From NCBI GenBank assembly GCA_016700075.1, contig CP065000.1:3124812-3188811 (forward strand): DNA of 64,000 bases, given 5' to 3'. The stretch is from Acidobacteriota bacterium. GTDB taxonomy: Bacteria; Acidobacteriota; Blastocatellia; Pyrinomonadales; Pyrinomonadaceae. How positions within the stretch are numbered: position 1 is the first letter of the stretch; each line of letters opens with the position of its first letter. The position numbers and the translations under genes are program-made. The notes under the pieces were generated by a model, which saw nothing but the letters and a program-made list of their open reading frames with translations, was not told the origin of the DNA and searched no databases. This document shows, in pieces, positions 18,606 through 28,225 of the stretch.

Positions 18606-19793
18606 ATGAGCAAAGAGAAATTCGATCGCAGCAAGCCGCACGTGAACATCGGTACGATCGGTCACGTTGACCACGGGAAGACGACGTTGACGGCGGCGAT
18701 CACGAAAGTGATGTCAAAGCACAACCCGAAGATGGTGGTGCGAGCGTTTGACAGTATAGACAACGCGCCGGAAGAGAAAGCGAGGGGCATCACGATCGCG
18801 ACAGCGCACGTTGAGTATGAGACGGCGAACCGCCACTATGCACACGTTGACTGTCCGGGCCACGCTGACTACGTGAAGAACATGATCACGGGAGCGGCAC
18901 AGATGGACGGAGCGATCCTTGTGGTGGCAGCGACGGACGGCCCGATGCCGCAGACGCGTGAGCACATTCTTTTGGGCCGCCAGGTAGGCGTGCCTTCGAT
19001 GGTGGTGTTCATGAACAAAGTGGACATGGTCGATGACGAAGAGCTGCTGGAGCTTGTCGAGATGGAAGTTCGCGAACTTCTCTCGTCGTATGAGTTCCCG
19101 GGCGACGAGATCCCTGTAGTAAGGGGCTCGGCACTGAAGGCCCTGGAAGGCGATCCGGCATGGGAAGCAAAGATCGACGAACTGATGCAGGCAGTGGATG
19201 ACTACATCCCGACACCCGCACGCGAGACGGACAAGCCGTTCCTGATGCCTGTCGAAGATATCTTCACCATTCAGGGACGCGGAACGGTCGCAACGGGACG
19301 TATCGAACGCGGAGTGATCAACGTGAACGAGCCTGTGGAGATCGTGGGCATCAAAGAGACACGCAACTCCGTTGTAACGGGCGTCGAGATGTTCAAGAAG
19401 CTTCTTGATTCGGGAATGGCAGGCGACAACGTCGGACTGCTGCTCCGCGGTGTTGAGCGTAAAGAGATCGAACGCGGACAGGTCATCGCCAAACCGGGCT
19501 CGATCACGCCGCACACGAAGTTCAAGGCAGAAGCATACGTCCTCACAAAAGAAGAGGGCGGACGCCACACGCCGTTCTTTACGGGCTATCGTCCGCAGTT
19601 CTACTTCAGAACAACGGACGTAACGGGCGTCGCACACCTGCCGGCAGGTGTCGAAATGGTGATGCCGGGCGACAACATCCAGATGGAGATCGAGCTGATC
19701 GCACCGATCGCCATGGAAAAAGGACTCCGCTTCGCTATCCGCGAAGGCGGCCGCACCGTCGGTGCCGGCACCGTGTCGGAGATAGTTGAATAG
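18606..19793 (+). CDS. tuf: elongation factor Tu
   Basis: [26 protein letters not shown], 395 aa. Confidence 0.98.
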   Translation: MSKEKFDRSKPHVNIGTIGHVDHGKTTLTAAITKVMSKHNPKMVVRAFDSIDNAPEEKARGITIATAHVEYETANRHYAHVDCPGHADYVKNMITGAAQMDGAILVVAATDGPMPQTREHILLGRQVGVPSMVVFMNKVDMVDDEELLELVEMEVRELLSSYEFPGDEIPVVRGSALKALEGDPAWEAKIDELMQAVDDYIPTPARETDKPFLMPVEDIFTIQGRGTVATGRIERGVINVNEPVEIVGIKETRNSVVTGVEMFKKLLDSGMAGDNVGLLLRGVERKEIERGQVIAKPGSITPHTKFKAEAYVLTKEEGGRHTPFFTGYRPQFYFRTTDVTGVAHLPAGVEMVMPGDNIQMEIELIAPIAMEKGLRFAIREGGRTVGAGTVSEIVE

Positions 19794-19807
19794 AAGTATA
19801 GAGTTGC

Positions 19808-19877
19808 CGTTCAGAGTTACGCGTTAACGCGTGATCACGCCTAATGGCGTAACTCTGAACGAGCGTAACTCTGAACG
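19808..19877. repeat. tuf-rpsJ leader: one inverted and two direct copies of a 15-mer
   Basis: CGTTCAGAGTTACGC (19808-19822) is the reverse complement of GCGTAACTCTGAACG, present at both 19847-19861 and 19863-19877. Confidence 0.8.
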
Positions 19878-19883
19878 AAATTT

Positions 19884-20204
19884 ATGTTGAACGAAAAGAT
19901 CCGGATCAAATTGAAAGCATACGATCACCGCGTTTTGGACCAGTCCACTTCGGAGATCGTTGAGACGGCGAAACGAACGGGTGCACGAATCGCGGGGCCC
20001 ATTCCTCTTCCTACGGTGAAGAACAAATGGACCGTTCTGAGGTCGCCGCACGTCGATAAGAAGTCGCGTGAGCAGTTTGAAATAAGGACACACAAGCGTT
20101 TGATGGACATCCTTGATCCTACGGCCGAAACGGTAGACGCGCTGATGAAGCTCGATCTGCCGGCAGGTGTTGATGTGGAGATCAAGGCGTTCGGGAAGAA
20201 TTAG
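19884..20204 (+). CDS. rpsJ: 30S ribosomal protein S10
   Basis: [16 protein letters not shown]...[14 protein letters not shown]. Confidence 0.98.
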   Translation: MLNEKIRIKLKAYDHRVLDQSTSEIVETAKRTGARIAGPIPLPTVKNKWTVLRSPHVDKKSREQFEIRTHKRLMDILDPTAETVDALMKLDLPAGVDVEIKAFGKN

Positions 20205-20317
20205 TCTGGGAAGTCTAGGAAGTCTAGGCGGCCTAGAAAGTCCAAAGAGTTGAAGAGGTCATGGCGAGAGGGAAATTTCCTTTCCAGACCTACAAGACTT
20301 GCAAGACTGAGGACTTG
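20204..20317. repeat. inverted array of 9-nt units (GTCTGGGAA GTCTAGGAA GTCTAGGCG GCCTAGAAA ...)
   Basis: rpsJ-rplC spacer. The distal arm CCAGACCTACAAGACTTGCAAGACTGAGGAC is the imperfect complement. Confidence 0.6.
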
Positions 20318-20325
20318 TTAAGAAT

Positions 20326-20964
20326 ATGATCAGTGGAATCATTGGAAGAAAAGTAGGAATGACGCAGATCTTTGCCGAGGACGGTACGGTAACGCCCGTG
20401 ACGGTCATCAAGGCAGGGCCGTGTGTCGTCGTTCAGACAAAGAGCGTCTCGGGGCGCGACGGCTATAATGCCGTTCAGCTTGGACTTGTCGAGGACAAGC
20501 CGATCCGTTTGAAGAACGTGACGAAGCCGCTGCAAGGGCACTTTGAAAAGACCGGAGGCGGCGTCCCGCCCACCCGTGTCCTTAAAGAGATCCGTCTTGA
20601 GTCGGAGCCGGAAGCGGCTATCGGCGATCAGGTGAAAGTGGACGTATTTTCCGATGGTGACAAGATCGAGGTCGTCGGCCGCTCGAAAGGACGCGGTTTC
20701 GCAGGTACGATCAAACGCCACAACTTTTCACGCGGTCCTGAGTCGCACGGTTCGATGAACGTCCGCAAGCCGGGTTCGATCGGGCAGTCCGCGTATCCTT
20801 CGCGTGTGATCAAGGGAACGCGTTCGTCCGGCCATATGGGCGACGAGCGTGTAACGGTGAAAGGGCTTACGGTCGCACGTGTTGACGCCGAGAACAATCT
20901 GCTGATGGTTCGCGGTGCGGTGCCGGGAGCAAATGGGAGTTTGGTGATAGTAAAGAAAAGCTAA
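20326..20964 (+). CDS. rplC: 50S ribosomal protein L3
   Basis: [13 protein letters not shown]; synteny. Confidence 0.97.
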   Translation: MISGIIGRKVGMTQIFAEDGTVTPVTVIKAGPCVVVQTKSVSGRDGYNAVQLGLVEDKPIRLKNVTKPLQGHFEKTGGGVPPTRVLKEIRLESEPEAAIGDQVKVDVFSDGDKIEVVGRSKGRGFAGTIKRHNFSRGPESHGSMNVRKPGSIGQSAYPSRVIKGTRSSGHMGDERVTVKGLTVARVDAENNLLMVRGAVPGANGSLVIVKKS

Positions 20965-20971
20965 GAGTGTT

Positions 20972-20997
20972 TTACGCCTGAAGGCGTAACTCTGAGC
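20972..20997. repeat. hairpin TTACGCC-TGAA-GGCGTAA + CTCTGAGC word
   Basis: rplC-rplD spacer; same family as 15845 and 19838-19861. Confidence 0.6.
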
Positions 20998-21014
20998 TAA
21001 CGGAGTGAGAAATT

Positions 21015-21854
21015 ATGCCTACCGTAAAGGTTCGCAATCTGAAGAATAAAGAGGTCGGCGAGGTAAGCCTATCCGATGCCGTGTTCGGTGCCGAGTTGAA
21101 CGAGGCCCTTATTCACGCAGCGGTGATGAATTTCCAAGCGAACGGCCGCCAGGGAACGTCTGCGACCAAGACCCGCGGCAACGTCTCGGGTTCGGGACGT
21201 AAGTTGTGGAAGCAAAAAGGTACGGGCCGTGCCCGTATCGCGTCGCTTCGCTCGCCCCTTTGGAAGGGCGGCGGTAATGTTCACGGACCGCAGCCGCGTG
21301 ACTGGTCATACAACATGCCGAAGAAGATGCGCCGCGGAGCACTCCGCTCGGCACTTTCGGAGAGGCTTCGCGAGGGAAATCTCATCGTCGTTGACGATCT
21401 TGGTTTCTCGGGACCGAAAACGAAGGATTTTCTGGCCGCCGTTGCCACACTCGGGCTCATTGAGAACGATGTCAGGCCGAAGATGCTGATCGTTGATTCA
21501 CTGGATAATGAGAATCTGATCCTTTCATCGCGAAATGTTGAGAAGACGAAGGTCACGAATCCGTTCGGTGTGAACATCTACGATCTGATCTTTCACGAGA
21601 AGCTCCTGATCTCAAAGGCTGCGATCGCGGAGCTTGAACAGATCCTCGATCCGAAGTCGGAAGGCAGTTCGGAAGAGGCCGCTCCGGTAGAAGAAAAGCC
21701 GAAAGCAAAGAAGGCCGCGAAGAAAAAGGAAGAGACAGTGGCAGTTGCAGAAGCAGCGGCAGAGGCAGAGCCGGAAGAAGCAGCAGTGGCAGAAGCAGCC
21801 GCAGAAGCAGAGCCGGCAGCGGAAGTAAGCGAGGAGGAAGCGAGCAATGAGTAA
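21015..21854 (+). CDS. rplD: 50S ribosomal protein L4 with an acidic C-terminal extension of about 68 aa
   Basis: Core [30 protein letters not shown]; tail [52 protein letters not shown]. Confidence 0.95.
   Translation: MPTVKVRNLKNKEVGEVSLSDAVFGAELNEALIHAAVMNFQANGRQGTSATKTRGNVSGSGRKLWKQKGTGRARIASLRSPLWKGGGNVHGPQPRDWSYNMPKKMRRGALRSALSERLREGNLIVVDDLGFSGPKTKDFLAAVATLGLIENDVRPKMLIVDSLDNENLILSSRNVEKTKVTNPFGVNIYDLIFHEKLLISKAAIAELEQILDPKSEGSSEEAAPVEEKPKAKKAAKKKEETVAVAEAAAEAEPEEAAVAEAAAEAEPAAEVSEEEASNE
21741..21825 (+). repeat. about 2 copies of a roughly 39-bp coding repeat ([13 protein letters not shown]) in the L4 tail
   Basis: GCAGTTGCAGAAGCAGCGGCAGAGGCAGAGCCGGAAGAA, then a near-copy. Confidence 0.7.
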
Positions 21855-22176
21855 GATGAACGTCTGGGATATTTTGAGAACGCCCGTCATCACTGAAAAG
21901 AGCGTCATCCTCAAGGAAGAGTCGACCGAAGAGGGCGGAAACCGAAAAGCAGGCCAGGTACTGACATTCAAGGTTGACAAGAACGCTACCAAGGGCGACA
22001 TAAAGTCCGCCGTAGAAGAGATCTTTAATGTAAAGGTCGCTGCTGTCAGGACGATACAGTATCAAGGCAAGGTGAAACGCCGCGGCCGCATCGAGGGCAG
22101 AAGGCCTTCTTGGAAGAAAGCATACGTCACGCTCCGTGCGGGCGAACCGATGGTGGATTACGCAGAAGCAATTTAG
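21847..22176 (+). CDS. rplW: 50S ribosomal protein L23
   Basis: [13 protein letters not shown]; overlaps the rplD stop by 8 nt (ATGAGTAA). Confidence 0.95.
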   Translation: MSKMNVWDILRTPVITEKSVILKEESTEEGGNRKAGQVLTFKVDKNATKGDIKSAVEEIFNVKVAAVRTIQYQGKVKRRGRIEGRRPSWKKAYVTLRAGEPMVDYAEAI

Positions 22177-22240
22177 TAAATCGTGAATCGTAAATCGTAA
22201 ATAGAGCTTCTATTCACGGTTGACGATTTGCAATTCACGA
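22177..22240. repeat. heptad-repeat hairpin (CGTGAAT CGTAAAT CGTAAAT / ATTCACG GTTGACG ATTTGCA ATTCACG)
   Basis: rplW-rplB spacer. Stops TAA 22177, TGA 22184, TAA 22191, TAA 22198 at 7-nt spacing. Confidence 0.75.
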
Positions 22241-22247
22241 CAAAGAT

Positions 22248-23078
22248 ATGGGAATCAAGAGATTAAAACCGACTTCACCGGCACGGCGGTATCAGACATA
22301 TCTGACCCGCGACGAGTTGACGCCGGGAGCAACACCCGAGAAATCGTTGCTTGAGCCGAAGAAAAGGATATCCGGACGCAATAACGACGGCCGTATCACG
22401 ATACGCCGCCTCGGCGGAGGCCACAAACGCTTTTACCGCGTTATCGATTTCAAGCGTGACAAGCTTGGTATTCCGGGCAAGGTCACTCAGATCGAGTACG
22501 ATCCGAACCGCTCGGCACACATCGCGTTGGTGACGTACCTCGACGGTGAGAAGCGTTACATCATCGCTCCCGTTGGCCTCAAGGTCGGTACGACCGTCCT
22601 TAGCGGCGAAGGAGCCGACATCCTGCCGGGAAATGCACTTCGCATCAAGGATATACCGCTGGGAACTGAGGTTCACAATATCGAGCTTCGCCCAGGAAAA
22701 GGCGGCCAAATGGTTCGTTCGGCAGGCGGATTTGCTCAGATCGTCGCGAAAGAAGGCGATCATGCCCAGCTTCGTATGCCGTCAGGCGAGGTCCGCAGAG
22801 TTCCCGTGGTCTGCATGGCGACGGTCGGACAGGTCGGAAATACCGAACACGAGAATGTTTCGCTTGGTAAGGCGGGCCGCAACCGCTGGAAAGGCAAGAG
22901 GCCGAAGGTTCGCGGTGTCGCGATGAACCCGGTCGATCACCCACACGGCGGCGGTGAAGGAAAGACCTCCGGCGGACGCCATCCGGTAACGCCGTGGGGA
23001 CAGCCTACGCGCGGATATAAGACACGCCGCAACAAGCGCACGAGCAATATGATCGTGAAAGACAGGAGGAGGAAGTAG
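22248..23078 (+). CDS. rplB: 50S ribosomal protein L2
   Basis: [19 protein letters not shown]...[13 protein letters not shown]. Confidence 0.98.
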   Translation: MGIKRLKPTSPARRYQTYLTRDELTPGATPEKSLLEPKKRISGRNNDGRITIRRLGGGHKRFYRVIDFKRDKLGIPGKVTQIEYDPNRSAHIALVTYLDGEKRYIIAPVGLKVGTTVLSGEGADILPGNALRIKDIPLGTEVHNIELRPGKGGQMVRSAGGFAQIVAKEGDHAQLRMPSGEVRRVPVVCMATVGQVGNTEHENVSLGKAGRNRWKGKRPKVRGVAMNPVDHPHGGGEGKTSGGRHPVTPWGQPTRGYKTRRNKRTSNMIVKDRRRK

Positions 23079-23145
23079 GTTTTAGGTCTTAGGTTTTTGA
23101 TCTTAACAGATCCGAAACCCACACTCCGGAATCCGAAATTTAGAT

Positions 23146-23436
23146 ATGCCACGTTCACTTAAGAAAGGCCCCTTTATTGATCTCAGCCTTCAAAAGGCAC
23201 TGCGACGCATCTCCAGCGGCGGACCGAAGCCGCAGGCGATCAGGACCTGGTCGCGTCGTTCGACCATCACACCCGACATGGTCGGGCTTACGTTTGGGGT
23301 ACACAATGGCAAACGCCACGTTCCGGTCTTCGTTACCGAGAATATGGTGGGCCACAAGTTGGGAGAATTCTCGCCGACCAGATTGTTCAGGGGACATCCG
23401 GGGACGAAGGCGGAGAAGATGGCGAAGAGGAAGTAG
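23146..23436 (+). CDS. rpsS: 30S ribosomal protein S19
   Basis: [12 protein letters not shown]...[23 protein letters not shown]. Confidence 0.98.
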   Translation: MPRSLKKGPFIDLSLQKALRRISSGGPKPQAIRTWSRRSTITPDMVGLTFGVHNGKRHVPVFVTENMVGHKLGEFSPTRLFRGHPGTKAEKMAKRK

Positions 23437-23492
23437 TGATTGGTGACGAGTGACAAGTGACGGGAAATGCCCCTTCACCTTTCACCGTTTGC
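23437..23492. repeat. heptad GTGAC array and imperfect complementary arm
   Basis: rpsS-rplV spacer. TGA at 23437, 23444, 23451, 23458; distal arm CCCCTTCACCTTTCACCG. Confidence 0.7.
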
Positions 23493-23503
23493 TGTTAACC
23501 GTT

Positions 23504-24298
23504 ATGGAAGCTGTAGCTAAAACAAAATATTTGAAGGGCAGCCCTAGAAAGGCCCGGCTGGTGATCGATCTGATCCGCGGCGAGAATGTCTCGCGTGCGT
23601 TGAACATTTTGAAATTCACTGAAAAGCGTGCCGCAGACCCTATCGCCAAATGCCTTAATTCTGCGATCGCGAATGCGACATACAAGGCCGAGCAGGAGAA
23701 CATCGCGATCGATCCGGACGATCTTTGGGTCCGTTCGTGCTTTGTTGACATGGGCCCGACCAAGAACCGCCGCCGTATGCGGCCTGCTCCGCAGGGCCGT
23801 GCCTATCGTGAGCAGAGGCATTATTGCCACATCACGATCGAGGTGACGAGCGAAGAAAAGCCCAAGACCGAGGAAGAGATCCTGCAGGAAGAGCGTATCG
23901 CGGCCGCAAAGGCAAGAAGAGCCGCCGCTCCGACGAAGGAAAAGAAGAAAGCGGCTGAAAAGGTCGAAGCTGAAGAGACAGCAGCAGTTGCAGAAACAGC
24001 AGCAGAAGAAGCCGTTGAAGAGACCGCAGCAGTTGCAGATGCAGTAGCAGAAGAGACTGCGGAAGCGACAGCGGCAGTTGCAGATGCAGTAGCAGAAGAG
24101 ACTGCGGAAGCGACAGCGGCAGTTGTAGATGCAGCAGTAGAAGAAACTGCGGAAGAGACAGCAGCAGTTACAGATGCAATAGCAGAAGAGACTTCGGAAG
24201 AAGTTGCGGAAGAAGCTGCAGAAGATGTGACGGCTGAAGAAGAAACCGAAGCCGCGGCTGAGGAGCCTGCATCCGAGGAGGAAGGCGAGAAGCAATAG
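23504..24298 (+). CDS. rplV: 50S ribosomal protein L22 with an acidic repeat C-terminal extension of about 150 aa
   Basis: Core MEAVAKTKYLKGSPRKARLVIDLIRG...RRMRPAPQGRAYREQRHYCHITIEV, then a Lys-rich linker and Ala/Glu/Thr/Val repeats. Confidence 0.93.
   Translation: MEAVAKTKYLKGSPRKARLVIDLIRGENVSRALNILKFTEKRAADPIAKCLNSAIANATYKAEQENIAIDPDDLWVRSCFVDMGPTKNRRRMRPAPQGRAYREQRHYCHITIEVTSEEKPKTEEEILQEERIAAAKARRAAAPTKEKKKAAEKVEAEETAAVAETAAEEAVEETAAVADAVAEETAEATAAVADAVAEETAEATAAVVDAAVEETAEETAAVTDAIAEETSEEVAEEAAEDVTAEEETEAAAEEPASEEEGEKQ
23984..24208 (+). repeat. 5 tandem copies of a 45-bp (15-codon) unit inside the L22 extension
   Basis: Unit GCAGTTGCAGATGCAGTAGCAGAAGAGACTGCGGAAGCGACAGCG (AVADAVAEETAEATA). 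Copies 24029-24073 and 24074-24118 look identical; flanking copies diverge. Confidence 0.85.
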
Positions 24299-24345
24299 CG
24301 AATTTGAGGCATTCACCGAATGCCGAGGTGCTGAAAAGATAAGTT

Positions 24346-25074
24346 ATGGGACAGAAAGTTCATCCATACGGCTTTAGGGTCGGATACAACAAGGACTGGC
24401 ACTCGCACTGGTTCGCCAAGCGCGAATTTGCACAGTTCCTCGCCGAAGACCTGAAACTCAAGCGCGAGCTCAAGAAGAAGTTTGCGGGCGGCGGGGTTTC
24501 GCACATCGATATCGAGCGTGCGGCCACTCGCTTGAAGATCATCATCTACACGTCTCGTCCGGGTATTATCATCGGCCGTAAAGGCGCCGAGATCGAAGCT
24601 CTTCGCGAAGAGTTGTCGAGAAAGACAGGCCGCGAGGTATTGATCTCGATCCAGGAGATCCGTCATCCGGAACTTAATGCACAACTGCAGGCCGAGAAGA
24701 TCGCCCAGCAGCTCGAAAAGCGTATCGCTTTCCGCCGTGCGATGAAAAAGACGATGGAGGAATCGCAGCGTTTTGGTGCTCAGGGCATCAAGGTGATGAT
24801 CTCCGGTCGTCTGAACGGTGCTGAGATCGCTCGAACCGAGTGGTCGCTCCAGGGCCGTTTGCCGCTGCACACGCTGCGTGCGGACATCGATTTCGGTTTT
24901 GCCGAGGCTCTGACGACATTCGGCATCATCGGTGTGAAAGTTTGGATCTATCGCGGTGAGATCCTGGACCCGAATGCCTCAATGGCACGCGGCACGACGA
25001 CCGACCCGATGAACGAGGTCAAGGTCGACCGCAATGCGATGAGGGACAGGCGTCCGCGAAGGGACGATCGTTAA
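24346..25074 (+). CDS. rpsC: 30S ribosomal protein S3
   Basis: [24 protein letters not shown]. Confidence 0.98.
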   Translation: MGQKVHPYGFRVGYNKDWHSHWFAKREFAQFLAEDLKLKRELKKKFAGGGVSHIDIERAATRLKIIIYTSRPGIIIGRKGAEIEALREELSRKTGREVLISIQEIRHPELNAQLQAEKIAQQLEKRIAFRRAMKKTMEESQRFGAQGIKVMISGRLNGAEIARTEWSLQGRLPLHTLRADIDFGFAEALTTFGIIGVKVWIYRGEILDPNASMARGTTTDPMNEVKVDRNAMRDRRPRRDDR

Positions 25075-25122
25075 TGATCAATTGCCGGCGGGAAATGACC
25101 GCCGTCATCCGGAGAAGAAGTT

Positions 25123-25551
25123 ATGTTGATGCCAAAAAAGGTCAAGCACCGCAGGGTGATGAAAGGCCGAAACCGAGGGAAAGCGACCCGCGGAGAAAAA
25201 CTGAATTTTGGTGATTTCGGGCTCAAAGCACTTGAGCCGGGCTGGATCACGGACCGTCAGATCGAAGCGGCTCGTATCGCGATGACCCGTCACGTAAAAC
25301 GCGGCGGCAAGATCTGGATCCGTATGTTCCCCGACAAGCCCATCACGAAAAAGCCGGCAGAAACCCGTATGGGCTCCGGTAAAGGTGCTCCGGATCATTG
25401 GGTCGCCGTCGTAAAACCGGGACGCGTGCTGTATGAAATTCAAGGCGTGGGCGAAGAACTGGCACGCGAGGCCATGCGGCTAGCGGCACAAAAGCTGCCC
25501 GTAAAGGTGAAATTCGTCACGCGTGCTGACCTCGAAGGAGGCATTGTTTAA
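25123..25551 (+). CDS. rplP: 50S ribosomal protein L16
   Basis: [16 protein letters not shown]...[20 protein letters not shown]. Confidence 0.98.
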   Translation: MLMPKKVKHRRVMKGRNRGKATRGEKLNFGDFGLKALEPGWITDRQIEAARIAMTRHVKRGGKIWIRMFPDKPITKKPAETRMGSGKGAPDHWVAVVKPGRVLYEIQGVGEELAREAMRLAAQKLPVKVKFVTRADLEGGIV

Positions 25552-25554
25552 GAA

Positions 25555-25803
25555 ATGAAACGCAAGGAACAGCTTGACCAGCTGAAAGAAATGAACGCCG
25601 ACGAGCTGAAGGAACAGGCGGACGCTCTCAAAGAGTCACTTTTCAGGCTCAAATTTCGCAAGGCGCTCGGTGTCGGCGAGGTCGTGAATGACATTCGACG
25701 TGAAAAGAAGACCCTGGCTCGCGTATATACGCTTCTGAACGATAAGAAAGCAGAAGCATCGGCGACGTCGGGTGCAACAGAAACGGCAGAGGCCGAAGCA
25801 TAG
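25555..25803 (+). CDS. rpmC: 50S ribosomal protein L29 (short acidic C-terminal tail)
   Basis: LKEQADALKESLFRLKFRKALG; synteny. Confidence 0.93.
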   Translation: MKRKEQLDQLKEMNADELKEQADALKESLFRLKFRKALGVGEVVNDIRREKKTLARVYTLLNDKKAEASATSGATETAEAEA

Positions 25804-25816
25804 GTAACGAAGAAAA

Positions 25817-26302
25817 ATGCCTACTAAGAATAACGAAGAAGAGATCGAGATCGCGGAAAACGCTGTCACTGAAGAGGCTGCTCCTGCAGAAGATGCCGAG
25901 ATCGCCGCTGTTGACGCAGTGGCGGAGACAGCGGTCGAGGAAGCACCGGCTGAAGAGGCTCCCGTTGTCGAAGAAGCTAAGCCTGCAGAAAAGCCCGCTA
26001 AGGCAAAGGCTGCAAAGCCGGCCGGACCGGATGAAAGCGGCGAAGCCACAAAGGTCAGCAAGCGTGCGGAGAGGATCGGCATCGTATCGTCAGACAAGAT
26101 GACGAAGACGGTCACGGTTCGCGTCGACCGGCTCGTCAAGCATCCGATGTACCGCAAATACATCAAGCGCCGCAAGAAGTTCATGGCGCACGATGAACTC
26201 GGGGCACGCACTGGCGACAAGGTGAGGATCGTTGAAACGCGTCCGTTGTCGGCAAAGAAGCGTTGGCGTGTAGTGGAGATCATTCAGAGAGCAGAGCTCT
26301 AA
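25817..26302 (+). CDS. rpsQ: 30S ribosomal protein S17 with an acidic N-terminal extension of about 80 aa
   Basis: Core [42 protein letters not shown] saw no alternative in-frame start between 25817 and the core. Confidence 0.9.
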   Translation: MPTKNNEEEIEIAENAVTEEAAPAEDAEIAAVDAVAETAVEEAPAEEAPVVEEAKPAEKPAKAKAAKPAGPDESGEATKVSKRAERIGIVSSDKMTKTVTVRVDRLVKHPMYRKYIKRRKKFMAHDELGARTGDKVRIVETRPLSAKKRWRVVEIIQRAEL

Positions 26303-26386
26303 GGTCTAGGAAGTACAGCATGTCTGGACGGTCCGGGAAGGCCTTTCTTCCAAGACTAACTAGACTGTCCGGGCTTTCCGGACTGT
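26303..26386. repeat. inverted array of 9-nt units (GTCTAGGAA GTACAGCAT GTCTGGACG GTCCGGGAA ...)
   Basis: rpsQ-rplN spacer. GTCTAG (26304-26309) pairs with CTAGAC (26360-26365); inner hairpin GTCCGG-GCTTT-CCGGAC. Confidence 0.6.
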
Positions 26387-26404
26387 ATCGAACGGAGTGA
26401 GATT

Positions 26405-26773
26405 ATGATTCAAATGCAAACCTCGTTGTCGGTGGCCGACAACTCAGGTGCAAAAAGAGTGGAAATGATAATGCCGGTCGGCGGTTCGACCAGCAAGATC
26501 GCACGTCTCGGCGATACCATCAAGGTGACCGTCAAAGAAGCGGCGCCGGAAGGCACCGCAAAGAAGGGCAAGGTTTACAACGCCGTTATCGTCCGCACTC
26601 GCAAAGAGGTCCGACGCAAGGACGGAACGTACATCCGCTTTGACGAGAACGCGGCCGTTTTGATCAAGGACGATGGAACGCCCATCGGAACCCGCGTTTT
26701 CGGCCCGGTCGCACGCGAACTCCGCGAGCGTAACTTTATGAAGATCGTGAGCTTGGCTCCCGAGGTTATATAG
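26405..26773 (+). CDS. rplN: 50S ribosomal protein L14
   Basis: [17 protein letters not shown]. Confidence 0.98.
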   Translation: MIQMQTSLSVADNSGAKRVEMIMPVGGSTSKIARLGDTIKVTVKEAAPEGTAKKGKVYNAVIVRTRKEVRRKDGTYIRFDENAAVLIKDDGTPIGTRVFGPVARELRERNFMKIVSLAPEVI

Positions 26774-26810
26774 GACCTTTCAGGCAGAACGGTCTTATTG
26801 GAATTGAGAA

Positions 26811-27272
26811 ATGAAAGCAGCAGCTAAGACAGGAACAGTAAAGAGCAGGATCAAGCGGGGCGACCAGGTCGTCTTCATAGCGGGCAAGGAATACAACCGC
26901 TATGACAACGCCGGCAATCGCCAGCCGTACCGCGGCAAGGTCATTGCAGTGGATGCACGCAACGGAAAGGTGAAGGTCGAAGGAGCGATGATGGTGAAAC
27001 GCCATGTCAAACCCATGCCTCAGCTCAACCGTGAAGGGGGCATCAAAGAGCAGGAAGCCTGGGTGAACATTTCGAATGTCGCTTTGGTCGATCCGGAAAC
27101 CGGCAAGCCGACTCGCGTTCGTTATGAATTTCGCGACGGTAAGAAGGTACGTGTAGCTAAGAGCGGGTCGGTCATTGAAGCTGCGGGCAGCTACAAGCGA
27201 GAGGCAAAGCCGAAGATCGATGACGAAGCTCCGGCAGCAGCCCCGGAGACGGACGAAGAAAAGGATAAATAG
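26811..27272 (+). CDS. rplX: 50S ribosomal protein L24 (C-terminal extension of about 30 aa)
   Basis: [17 protein letters not shown] motif; tail [21 protein letters not shown]. Confidence 0.93.
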   Translation: MKAAAKTGTVKSRIKRGDQVVFIAGKEYNRYDNAGNRQPYRGKVIAVDARNGKVKVEGAMMVKRHVKPMPQLNREGGIKEQEAWVNISNVALVDPETGKPTRVRYEFRDGKKVRVAKSGSVIEAAGSYKREAKPKIDDEAPAAAPETDEEKDK

Positions 27273-27331
27273 GGAATTACGTTTGGAAACGGCTCGGCCG
27301 GGTCCCAAACAACAATAGGAGAAGGTCACAA

Positions 27332-27871
27332 ATGGCCAGACTTAGAGAAAAATACAAAAACGAGATCGCACCGGCTCTTGCGAAAGAGTTCGACATCAAG
27401 AACCCCATGGCGATCCCAAAGATCGAAAAGATCGTCGTCAACATGGGCTTGGGCGAGGCTTCGGCAAATTCGAAGATCCTTGACGTAGCTACGGAAGAGT
27501 TGAAAGCGATAACCGGACAGAAGCCTGTTGTCACAAAAGCGAAGAAGTCGATCGCCGCTTTCAAACTTCGTGAAGGAATGAGCATCGGCACCATGGTCAC
27601 TCTTCGCGGTGCACGAATGTACGAATTTCTTGACAGGCTCATCTCTGTAGCTCTGCCGCGTGTTCGCGACTTTCGCGGTATCTCGGGTAAGGCGTTCGAC
27701 GGCCGCGGTAATTACACGCTCGGTATTCGTGAACAGCTGATCTTTCCGGAGATCGATTTTAACAAGGTGGACAAGACGCGAGGAATGAACATCTCGATCG
27801 TTACGACCGCCCGCAATGACGAAGAGGCACGTTCGCTTTTGAAGGCAATGGGGATGCCCTTTAGACAGTAA
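27332..27871 (+). CDS. rplE: 50S ribosomal protein L5
   Basis: [16 protein letters not shown]...[15 protein letters not shown]. Confidence 0.98.
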   Translation: MARLREKYKNEIAPALAKEFDIKNPMAIPKIEKIVVNMGLGEASANSKILDVATEELKAITGQKPVVTKAKKSIAAFKLREGMSIGTMVTLRGARMYEFLDRLISVALPRVRDFRGISGKAFDGRGNYTLGIREQLIFPEIDFNKVDKTRGMNISIVTTARNDEEARSLLKAMGMPFRQ

Positions 27872-27875
27872 GAAA

Positions 27876-28181
27876 ATGGCAAAGACAAGCAAGATCGTAA
27901 AGAACGAAAGGCGTAAAGAAAAAGTCGCTCTCTACCGCGAGCGGCGAGCCGATGCAAAGCGGATCATCAATGATCCCAAATCGACGCCCGAGCAGGTGGA
28001 CGCGGCCGTGATGAGGCTTCAAAAGATGCCTCGCGATGCGAGCCCGACCAGGGTGCGCAACCGCTGCTCGCAGACGGGACGCCCTCGCGGTTATCTGCGA
28101 AAGTTCGGCGTTTCCCGTGTGGCACTTCGCGAGCTGGCTCTGGAGGGCCAGATCCCGGGAGTTGTGAAATCAAGTTGGTAG
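27876..28181 (+). CDS. rpsN: 30S ribosomal protein S14 (long form)
   Basis: [41 protein letters not shown]. Confidence 0.97.
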   Translation: MAKTSKIVKNERRKEKVALYRERRADAKRIINDPKSTPEQVDAAVMRLQKMPRDASPTRVRNRCSQTGRPRGYLRKFGVSRVALRELALEGQIPGVVKSSW

Positions 28182-28225
28182 GAATAGGACACGAACGTCC
28201 CATTAATTGACGGAGTTTTTAGAAG

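Noticed and set aside
23495-24316. 273-codon minus-strand Cys/Phe-rich ORF (and similar ones at 21553-22065 and 25636-26283)
   Set aside because: They are antisense to the GCA/GAA-rich acidic extensions of L22, L4 and S17. The repeat lacks stops on the opposite strand, and they overlap unmistakable r-protein genes.
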